Shown here: in pieces, positions 12,101 through 22,147 of the stretch
How positions within the stretch are numbered: the stretch's first letter is position 1
How the letters are laid out: each line of letters begins with the position of its first letter
Notes under the pieces: model-generated
What the model was told of the DNA's origin: nothing
The model's database searches: none
Seen by the model: the letters and a program-made list of their open reading frames with translations, nothing else
Source: Klebsormidium nitens
Lineage: Eukaryota; Plantae; Klebsormidiophyceae
Direction: 5' to 3'
Length of the DNA stretch: 64,000 bases
NCBI GenBank assembly: GCA_000708835.1
Contig: DF237327.1
Location: 25,695 to 89,694 of the forward strand
Translations under genes and position numbers: made by a program

Positions 12101-13039
12101 CCTCGACCGTTCGGAGTTGGAGAATGCTCGTAGGGTTGGGGCCAAGTACGCAGGATATCTCCTGGGCGATGGTGGCGATTGCAAGACGGCTGAAGCGGTG
12201 CTCGAGAGCGGTCTCGAAACGTTGGGGGAGGGATCGCGGGGTTGGGAGTGGAGGCTTCAACTCGCGCAAGCCCTGAACCGATCCGGGGGTTACGCTCGTG
12301 CCGCGGAGATTGCCGAGGGTGTGGTCAAGGAAGTTGAGGACACAGATGCAGCTCCCCCAGCTCCCCCAGCTCCCCCTATCGAAAGAAAGCGGAAGCAGAA
12401 TACCAAGCGGTGGCTCTGTTGCTTTGGACGGCAAGATGGGGGTCCGGGTCCAGAAGTCGATGGCGGGCTTGACTTGGTCAACACTGGTCTGGTTCGGGCA
12501 CGAGCGTGGCAGGTGCAAGCAACTATCCATGAAAGTTAAGGGAGGCATGCAGAAGCGCTTCAGCTCCTCGGGCAAAGCCTGCTTGCCACGGAGAAGGCCC
12601 TAGGGCCGGACCACCTCGACGTGGCCCCCGCGCTGAAAAGCATGGCGGCCGTGCTCCAGAGCCAAGGCAAGTTGGACGAGGCGCTGCCGCTGCTCCAGCG
12701 GGCGCTTCGCATAGATGAGACGGCTCGGGGACCGGACGACCCCCACGTGGCTATCACGCTGCACAGCCTTGCGGCCCTACTCGGCGACCAAGGCAAGTAC
12801 GAGGAGGCCCTTGCGCTGTACGAGAGGGCGCTCGCAACCCGGGAGAGGGCCCTGGATTTGGATCACCCCACGTGGCTGTCACGCTGAATAGCATGGGGGC
12901 CCTCGTTTGTAAGAAAGGCAGGGACGAAGAGGCGGTGCCGCTCTTCAAGAGGGCGCTTGGGATCCGGGAGAAGGCGCTCGGCCCCGCACATCCCGACACG
13001 AATACCCTAAGGTCTGACTTGGAGGACGCGGAGCGGAAG
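9139..13039 (+). pseudogene. NLR-like STAND receptor: N-terminal helical domain, NB-ARC, then 42-aa TPR array. The TPR region carries a nonsense codon and a frameshift.
   Basis: Exon 9139-10637 encodes FVGRE, Walker A GIEGIGKT, Walker B FLLVFDG, HVLVTT, GYLTIAL and SGWF. Probable exon 11136-11260, possible exon about 11646-11737, then a large exon 11926-13039 with an MHD-like FHVLFLEYVRR. 126-bp TPR units follow (LGPDHLDVAPAL...QGKLDEALPLLQRAL). In-frame TAA at 12537-12539 and a 1-nt deletion at about 12866-12870. Middle exons and the 3' end are uncertain. Confidence 0.8.
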
Positions 13040-15535
13040 GTGCGTCACCCGTTTGTTTTTACTTCCTACATTCTGATCAATTTTGGATGCACCCGCTGAT
13101 GGTACGACTATTCGAAGGATTGGACTTCAGCTTTGACTGCTTTTGGCCTTCTCACTGTTTTGAGAAGAAAGAGGGCGAGGTACTCATTGGAAGCAAGCAG
13201 GGGGCAGCCCTTGTCTGCTGCGCCGTGGGGACGCTTCAGCGGTACCCGAATCCGAATCCTGCTAAGAAGCTTGCGACCAACTTTCGAGCAGACTGCGTAA
13301 ATTCCCGATTATGTCTCTCTACCTCGAGGATCGGGTTTGCATGCTCAGTAGTGTTCGCGCCAAAAGGAGTGGTTGCTGGCCAGGTTCGTCAACCCAACCT
13401 CGAATTTGTATTCTGCAAGGCGGCGTTCACGGTCCCGATTGTTGTTTGAGGCTCAGATGCCGTCACATCACCATTAGCTTGAACAGCCGCCTTCCGCTAA
13501 ACAAGCCACGTTCGCCTCGATTTCGTTGTTGGGTTCAAAGCTCGGATCAGTTTCTGTTTGATGGTGGGTCATTGCTTGCAAGCTCGCTAATCGTTTTCAG
13601 AATCCAACTTTTCTCAACGAACGGTTTCAACTTCCATATAAAGACCGGCCGAGCACTTGCGTCAGGCGTCATTGAGCTCCCCGCTGATTTCGGCCCTTCT
13701 CCGAGTCGAAGAATGTTCGCATGGTCCGCTTTCAAACCTTTCCTGATACGGTGCCCCACTGAGTGGATATTCCCTGTGACTGCAGGTGGCTCAGATGGCA
13801 TTGCGCACGGACCAGGGGATGGGCTCGTCGGTCGGCGAAGATACTGCGGAGAGCCGCAGTTCGGGAGCTCAGGGAACGGTCAAGTAGTAAGAGCAATCTT
13901 TGAGAGATCATTGAGAGGGCCTCTCATGCCTGGAGCTGTGTAGTAGAGTTCTAGACAGGAAGCCTGTGTTAGCCTTTGCGTACAGACAACCGAAACTTAT
14001 CCAACTTGTTGTGGAATCGCATCGATCGTGTCCGAGGTTGATAGATGGATAGGACTCGTGTTGAGCCTTGAGAAACAATAAAGGGTGGTGCAAAATGGAA
14101 CTTGCATGGCAGAACGATCCGACCAATCTACCATTCTGACTATGAAAGGGCGCCACATGCATATCCAGATCGTTCGTGGACATTCCCGTTCAACTTGGAC
14201 ACCTACAGAAGAACCCCATAATTTGTGATATTGTCGATCTCGATCAACTAGAGATCAGGATCGCACTGTGACGGCAACTGAAGCGCCGTGGGCCTCAACC
14301 GTGCTGCCATGTGTACGTCAACAAGCATATCATGCATATAGGCCTGCTTCGCAATCAATCCTAGGCTCGGGCTAGCTATACTATCGGCCGGATGCAAATG
14401 ATACATGTTGCTGCATACATAGTATTTGATCCATGACGGTCACTCAGTGTGCATGAAGGGGGCGGCCGTCCCGAGTCCTTGTTAATATAAGGATCCAGCG
14501 TTGCAGTGACATGGGCCCCGGGGGCCCGCGCGTCGTCCGGGCCCGGCCATGATCACGTCTTGCCCTTTTCGAAGGCATCATCGAGGATGCATTAGAGCCC
14601 GACTTTGACGGTTGAAATATCACGATCTAGATCCGCACATGCATACGTGATGCACATATTCGATCAGCAGCATGGCAGCCTGAACTGCCGGGACGGATAT
14701 GGCGGCAGTCCGGTCTTACAAGCTGCTGCTTGCGCCTTGATAGCTGCAATAATGAGCATAGACCATTAAATGACTGGCACTATGAACAAGTTTTCGCAAA
14801 GACGCAACCTGTATCACGGATAATCCAACATCGAGGTTTGAGCAAGAGAACTTTGGATCCACAACGATCTGCTCAGACTTTAAACCCACAACGATGTTAA
14901 CAAGTCTTCCTCCGGCTTCTGCTTATGAATCAGTCCCGCTTGAACAAGAACGCCTGAAATCACCGGCGTCGTCCTCGTTATGTTGCTTTCGCATTGCTTT
15001 GAGTAGGTTGCGAATCAAAACTTCCAGCGGACAGGTTCTATGTTTATGGTGTTAGTGCTGGGGTATATCCGTGACGGCGTTCCATTTGTGCGAGACGGTG
15101 TCTCGTTCGAAGGCCTCCGCCGCACCAAGGCTTCAGTAGGCTGCAAGGCACCCATCTTCCGCATCAGACAACCCGATTGAATGTGATTTTGACAGAAACC
15201 GCAGAAAGAGAGTTGATTCCGTCGTAGAGGGCTGTCCTTGTGGATGCAAGGTCAAAGTGTGTCAGGATATCATCCGAGTCAAACAAGGAAGAGACCACTG
15301 CGTTCTCAAACTTTCAGCCAACTCGTGATGGGCGATATTCTTCTGGCTGCCGGGCACTGTGTGCGCTTGGCGCAGTGTCGCCTCCAAATCCAAATGGGCA
15401 TCAGACGGGTGAGAAATTTTGCACATGATGTTGAACAACTACCATGTCCCAATCTTGTCGCCGAACGAAGGGTCTTCTTGAGCACCCAATGTGCTCAGGG
15501 AAGAAAACCACTGTGCTGAGATTGCTCCGGACTTA

Positions 15536-18500
15536 TCAACAACACCTTTCGAACTGCGTTAGAAGAGATGACGTCATGCTGACCTGATTGGAGGGCGTAC
15601 CGCTGGCGGGGGCTCCGGCCGTGCCTTTGAAAGTCGGAGACAAGAGGGCGCCCGCTTCTGAACAGAAAGAGTACGTAATTAGGTACTGATCACGTCCCAA
15701 TCAGTACCCAACTCATCGGATGTTTCAATTGGGCAAAAATCAGCGAAGAGCGAAGCGACAAAGATTCTCAACAGTGTTTTTTTGGGCTACCAGTCCTGAG
15801 CCCAGGTGCCGCTAAGATGAACCGACGAGAATACGTGCCGAGATGCCGAAACGTCTGGTTCCATATCGTGACTTACGGAGTGGAATACTATGAAGCTTTG
15901 ACGGTTAAAGATTCGGATTTGACGGAGAAGAAAAAGGAAGAGCACACGAGAAGACGTCGAGGCAAGAAGTGAATGTCGCGAAACTCAACGCGCCTTCCCA
16001 ACTTGACGGCGAAGTATCTGTTCATCAAGCCCCTGAAAAAGCTCACCCGCTTCTCTCGGACTGTGAACAAATCCTCTTGTCCTACGACGCAATCGCAGCA
16101 CAACCATCCCGGGGTGGAGAACCACCCCCGAAAAGCTCACCCGCCACTGCCGGAGGGTGGCCTCCCCGTGCACCATTACTCTTCTACGAGACAGTCCAAG
16201 CATACTTTCCTCTCATCGGGGGCGAACTGAGGTGAGATCGACCCCCCCCAAAAAGCTCACCGCGCCACTCCAGACGGTGAACGACCCCCCCGCACCTTCT
16301 GCGTTTTAAGAAACAGTCCAAGCAACAAATTCCTTCATCTCGGGGGCTACCTGAGGTGAGATCGAACCCCCCCGAAAAGCTCACCGCGCCACTCCAGACG
16401 GTGAACGACCCCCCCGGACTATTCGCGTTTTAAGAAACAGTCCAAGCAACACATTTCTTCATCTCGGGGGCTACCTGAGGTGAGATCGAACCCCCCCGAA
16501 AAGCTCACCGCGCCACTCCCAGACGGTGAACGACTCCCCCTGCACCATCTGCTGCCGCACAAGCACCCGCGTGTCTTCCCTGGCCAGGCGGTCAACCTCT
16601 TTCCACAGCGCCCCCCCCCGCTCCCGCGGCTTGAGCAGCGAGTCCCGGAAGTGCGTCGCGATCTTCCACTTGGGAGCGCCCCCCGGCCGCTGGGCCGCGT
16701 CCTCCAGCTCGGCGCAGATCTGCGGTTCGGGGGGGTGGGGGTGATTGTGGTGGTTGAATACGTTTGAGTTTATTGTGCAATTATGCGATTGGGGGGTAAA
16801 GCGGCTGCTTCGCATTTGTTTGGCTATCTTTGATGCGTTGATGCAGCGTGCAGAATTGGAGAGCGCCAGAGGACAGATGCTTGCGAACCATGATCGGTCA
16901 GTGTGCACTAAGACTTGGGCGGAATGAACTTTGTTGTGACAAGGACGAAGAGGCTAACAAACTACTGTACCACATCGGGAAACGAGGGTCGGCTCTCGCC
17001 GACCCTTTCAGAAAGGCTCCCTTTGTACCTCAAAGGAGACAGCCTTTCTGCAAAAAATGAGAGGCATGAAACTCTAGCCCACGGACCTGACTGTATTCCT
17101 GTTGCCGGTGGTATCAAAGCGCCTGAACGCAGGTGGGAATGGCAGAGGCGAAAAGAAGCGCTGACAGCGACGGCAGACTTCCCCGACAATTGAGGAAAAG
17201 CGTTTACGAACCTTTTCGTAGAGCGTCTCAGCAGCTTTCACAAGCGCCTGCTGTTGCCGCCGCCGCCGCCAAAAGTAGAGCGCCCCCAGAATGGACAGCA
17301 GCAGCAGCGCGAGGGGCTTCCAGTTGCGCTGCGCCGCTTCGCGGGCGAGACAGCTCAGCGGCTTGTACTGCCGCGCCAGATCGTCAGGACACACCAGCAC
17401 GGGTACTCTGCACAAACAGAGCCAATGTGAGCGGGATTGTTGTCTTCCTAACCTACAGGTTTCGTTCTGGCATTTCGAAAGCACATTATTCTCTCGCTGA
17501 TCTCAAATCTTCGCTGTGTGGAAAGCGATCTTCGTGTGAAAATGATGTCCAATGCCTGGGAGTAACCGAGTGATGCTAAATACAATTCTCTCAGCATATA
17601 CGGGTGCTTGCAAAAGAGCAAAGCGTCGGACTTCCGAGCAGCGACCATCTCTATGCCGTCTCAAGCAGGCTTTTGGCTAAGGTGAAAGTTTTCCAAAGCG
17701 GTACAGATCATCAACAGTATTCTGTAATTGAAGCAGCTCACCCGTTCTCTGCCGCCATGAGAAGTTCCTCGCCGGCCCTCTGCACTGCCAGGGAAAAGAT
17801 GTCCGCCGTCCGTTGGTCCACAGTCTGCGGAATTAACAGTTCAGAATAAGCTTCGAAAACGGACGGTGCGTAGCAAGTGCACGAAAATTGCTTCAGGGCC
17901 GAGACCTCTGAAGAATGGTTGCAAACGACCCAACATCGTCTTGCATGAGTCAATTTCGAATCTGTCGAGGAGACCCCTGATCAGAGCTTTTGGACGTTGC
18001 TAGGGTCCTGACTGCAGCCATTCTTGGACGGACTCTTTTGAGTACAATGGATGGCCTCCATTAAGATGCTGCCTATTTCCTCGAACACAGCAGCGTGGCA
18101 CACTTCTGACTTCAGAGCAATAAGTGAATTTAGTCCAATTGAGTCTAGTTGCTACCAGCACCGTCCCTACTGGCAACATTTGCCGTTCTCTTCTCCTTGT
18201 TGATCTCTAGAAGCCAGAACACAGTGTCAAATAAACGTGATCAGTGGGGCTGTTGCCCCCTGCTTCGCTCCACTCCCCTTCGGACGGTGGCTCTTTGCTT
18301 CACACTTTTGAAAGTGTTGATCGAAAATACATGGCTTGTCTGATCTGGATCTTCAAAAGAGAAATTTTGTAAACGTCCACTTTCAAAAATCGTTTAGTCT
18401 ACAGAGCTATTTGGCAGAGATATTCGAATCAGATAGATCCATCGGCCTCACCTGGCCCTCTCCCAGCATTCCCATCACGCTCGCCCGTGTCACCGCTTCC

Positions 18501-20269
18501 GAGGCGTTGTATCCGCACAGCGCCAGTCCCCGCTGCTGGCATGCGAACCGCTTCACTTTCCCAGCCAGCTTTTGCACCCGCGCCTCCACTCGCTTGTCCT
18601 TTACGCAGTGCCGCCCAACCTTTTCGTACCCGACAGCGCACGTTAAGTGGCCCGACTCGCAGTGGCCGTGTTCGGGGCAGGGGATGCACTGACTGCCTGT
18701 GAAGAAAGAAAAGAGGGAGTTTCAGAGGATGTGTAACAACCAGGTACGATTCAAGTACAAAAAGTACACTTCAATCGTGAAGAGGGTCAGGTCCACAGGG
18801 AGTGCAGAGACTGTTGAGGAGAATGTGCGCCCGCAAAGAATAGAAAATGTCACCGACATTCCCAGATTCGGTTACTGACATCAATGCAGAACTCTCAACA
18901 TACCAATGGCTTCAGGATAGTCTTGTAAAAGCCATTAGAACACTGTTGCGATCGTGCACCTCAACAACTAGACGCATCAAGCGAGCTGGGATCCTTGCAA
19001 GCAACTTGATCAGAAGGTGGTGCATGAATGCCAAGACGTTGTGTAACTCCAGAGTCACTAATGGTAACCTTGGAATGCAACGCAGTTGCAACATACCAGA
19101 TTGTTTTTACCAGAAATTCATAAAAAGCTAAAGGAGAAGGATGGGCAACCTATACGAGTTCTACAGAACAACACCGCCGAGGTGACCTACGAGGGAAAAG
19201 GTAAAAAGGGAGCTATAATCTCAACTCATAACGACGAGAGATTCAGAAAAGCACAAGCATGAAGACTCTGCGGAAGACAAAGAGCAGGTGATCTTTGCAG
19301 ACCGTCATACTCACCGACAGGTGAAGCCCCAGTATCGCAGAATGGTATCGGCCGCAGCGCTGCTTGCAAGTATGAGATCGCCAGCGCCACGACCATCCCC
19401 AGAGCGAGAAGGAGTACAAGCCACTGAGGCGGCCTGACACTCAGGATTCTGCTGAGTAACTCCCACCCCGCCTTTGCCGCCCCCCAGCTTCGCCGTCCCA
19501 AGTTCTGTACGCGCATGGTTCTCACTTCCTCTCTACTGCTTCTCTCGACGTTCTCGCGTTTGCTTCTCTGAAAGAAGGATGGCACCCAGAAGCCAGCTTT
19601 CTTTGTTTTCTTGGGGACCCTTTCTTGTTTTACTTCTGCCGCTGCTGCCAAGGGCTCTGGCTGAGGTTGTGTCAAGGGCTTGCTGGCTTGGGGAGGTGTT
19701 TTGGGGCCACCAAACAGAGTCTCATCCAGGGTCTTTCGGGCTGTGCTGGTGGTTGCGTCCCCTCTAGTTGCTGCTGCTTCTGCTTTCCTTCTCAATGGGG
19801 ACTTGGCGCGACGCAGGGGCGACATCTCTCGCATCCGACGGGGAGACTTGTAGGGAGTGGCACCCCCCTCCTGTTTGATGGGGCGGCCTCGCTCTGGCGA
19901 CCTCAGCCGTTGAGAAACACTATCTCTTTCACTTCGGCCAGGCTGTCTGGGAACAGCGGTGCCAGTCCTGTCAGCTTTACTGCTCGATGCAGCCCCCTCC
20001 TGTTGGGGCATCTCAGAAGCTTCACCCTTCTCCGCAGCTTTTCCATCTTTTCCGCCCAGAGGTGAGGTGCGCAGTTCAACCGGCTCGGACCCCCATCGCG
20101 TTCTCGGTGATGTCAGGTTACCAGCCGACAGCTCGCTTTGCTGCACTGCAAGCCCGACGTAGTACTTTTTCAGCTGCGTCTTCGCTGGGAGCTCAACGCC
20201 CTCCCCTCGCAGGTAGTCTTGCAGCTGCGCAACAGTCATAGACTCGAAGTTCTTCTTTGCAGACGCCAT
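15536..20269 (-). CDS. MAN1: MAN1/Src1 (Heh/LEM2-family) inner nuclear membrane protein
   Basis: Exons 20269-19315, 18696-18452, 17824-17742, 17407-17212, 16719-16509, 15657-15536, phase-consistent (last exon less certain). N-terminal HeH-like MTVAQLQDYLRGEGVELP, TM1, lumenal CIPCPEHGHC...C...C motif, TM2 followed by RRRR, and a C-terminal winged helix (HFRDSLL...LWKEVDRL...GESFTVWEW). Confidence 0.9.
16030..16545 (-). repeat. Tandem array of about 5 copies (unit about 120-124 bp) of the MAN1 exon-5 end plus splice donor plus intron start
   Basis: The motif ttcaccgtctgg(g)agtggcgcg|gtgagctttt (minus strand) recurs with donor G at 16508 (true site), 16384, 16260, 16140 and 16046. Spacings are 124, 124, 120 and 94 bp, and divergence increases with distance from the exon. 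Confidence 0.9.
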
Positions 20270-20991
20270 CTTCTGAGAGTGTGAATCCCAGCGAGCATGC
20301 ACATGAAAGGATCAATGCACGCTGTATTGCCAGGAAACCGCTCCTTTACAACACCATATGTGCCCCAATTCCTGAGAAGCCCCAAAATTCTGGTGGCAAG
20401 GGCGGAAGGCAGCTTCCTGAAGAGGTCTGTTGATTCATGCAAGGAGAGGCCGCCCTGGCCCCTTCCACCCTTCCAAGTTCCAAGTTCCAGCAGTGCGCCT
20501 CTAGCTGTACGGGCAGTGTTGGAGAATTTTAATTTGAAGCCTTCAGGGAGGGGTTTGTTCTAACGGCTTGATCCGGCGGAAAAGGAGAGAAGCGGAACCC
20601 TTCATTCAGCAGTTCATCAGGATCCTCCGGTCGAAGTCGCAACTTTCAAGTAGAGTGAGAAGTGACCGGAGGGAGACACCGGTGATTAGCAGCGCTTCCG
20701 CTTCCGCTGAGAAATGTGGACCGGAAAGTAGGCAACGCAGAATATTGGCTCGCCAATATTCTGATTGAAATTCGGAAATTGGAGCAATGGAGGGCGGCGA
20801 ACTTCGAAGTGGAGCATTTTGATGGCGCCTCTTCTTGTAAGATCAGCTGTGGTAGGACAACTGTAAAATTCTGGTTCTTTCCTCGAATCCAGTCCCTCTT
20901 CAACCTGAACTGACGAGCACCTGCACTACATGGATTTTGATTAACTGGCTGAAGCAGGGTGTTTGAAGTTTGAGCGTCAGCTGATTGTTTG

Positions 20992-22108
20992 ATGATGCCT
21001 GGAGGAAAAGACATTGTGCCTAAAAAGGATCCAAAGCAGATAATTGAAAGGATCAGGCAGGGGCTTCGTAAGTGCTCGAGTGAGGTGAGGCTTTGTGCTG
21101 TGGTACTCGGGCGGCGATGCCAATGGTACTGAGAGGTATCAAGTCAATAACAGCACAGACAAAGATTGAAACCAGCATTGCCATGCTAGTTTATACAAGT
21201 TTCATAAGGAGCTTGATGTGTTAAGTGATGGTGTAGCATGCAAAGGTTTAAAAGCTGTGCTGGGTTTAAGTTTCTCTAGTTTACTCGATGCGACGCTGAT
21301 ACCCTTCAAACTGATCTCAAAACCTGAGGGCTTGTATGTGGCTGGTCCCTTGGTGGTGGCACCTTGCTGCATTCATCGTACTTGGATACGAGATATTGTG
21401 AAAGGTATGGCGTTTCGCACCGGAAAAGCCGTAAAAGCTAGATAGTTCCTTTTTTGAGTTGCTTCCCTTCAGATAACATCAATCTAAAACTTTTAATGGA
21501 GTTTACGATGTAGATCTTATGGTTGGTTCCATTTGTGACCTTGTCTGAACAGGCAAAGGCATACGGGACTTGTGTGGCTAGCAAGTTGCCGGAGGTGGAG
21601 AAAGGGCAGTGCGAGAAAGAGTTTGCAGCTCTGAAGGCCTGCATGCAGCAAGCGGTAGGTTTTTGGCGCATGTCACTCTTCGAAAGTGATACTATACTCT
21701 GCGCACTTAAAGGTACTTTCCAAATATTGTCGCTGCAGTTGATCCTTGTGAACGGTGGTCAACAAGTATCTAGAAGGGCTGGCATAACACCAGTCCACCC
21801 ATACTGACCGCAATCGGTTGGCCACTAAACCCAACCAATTGGCCACTGACCGCAATCAGTCGGCCCCTCATGCTATTCTTCGCATGATTATGTAACAAAG
21901 GACGAAAAGTTTGGGGACTCTTTCAATCTCAGATGCAAGGCTATGTAGCTCCTAGGTCATCAGTGCCCCCTTGAAAAGATGCTCGATCAACGAAATACAC
22001 CCGTTGGGCATCCATGGGTCTCCCTAGAGTCCAGACCTGTCATAGACAGGCCGGGAAGTCGAGTTGACATCATCACTTGCTTGATTGCAGTTTAAAAACA
22101 AAGCATAG
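20992..22108 (+). CDS. Small twin-CX9C (CHCH-like) mitochondrial intermembrane-space protein, NDUFAF8-like (about 70 aa)
   Basis: Exons 20992-21084, 21553-21654, 22091-22108, all phase 0: MMPGGKDIVPKKDPKQIIERIRQGLRKCSSEAKAYGTCVASKLPEVEKGQCEKEFAALKACMQQAFKNKA*. It has two exact C-x9-C motifs, and A-x-x-YG-x-CV and C-x-x-EF-x-AL-x-x-C match the recalled NDUFAF8/C17orf89 family. The 18-nt last exon is the least certain part. Confidence 0.8.
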
Positions 22109-22147
22109 GTGCTCTGCTGTGCGCACGCCAGTCCCAGTCCGCCTGTC

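Noticed and set aside
13087-13950. ORFs 13087-13449, 13311-13943 and 13547-13801, and protein-like minus-strand fragments
   Set aside because: No recognisable motif, frequent stops and no consistent splice model. They may be NLR 3' UTR or decayed sequence.
14770-15530. Coding-like fragments on the minus strand downstream of MAN1
   Set aside because: Interrupted by stops and frame changes with no recognisable family, so treated as 3' UTR or relic.
16030-16545. CRISPR-like reading of the regularly spaced repeats
   Set aside because: Whole units are homologous with no unique spacers, they derive from a host exon-intron junction, there are no cas genes, and the DNA is eukaryotic.
21800-21865. 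Imperfect duplication of actgaccgcaatc / ttggccact
   Set aside because: Short intronic duplication with no further structure.
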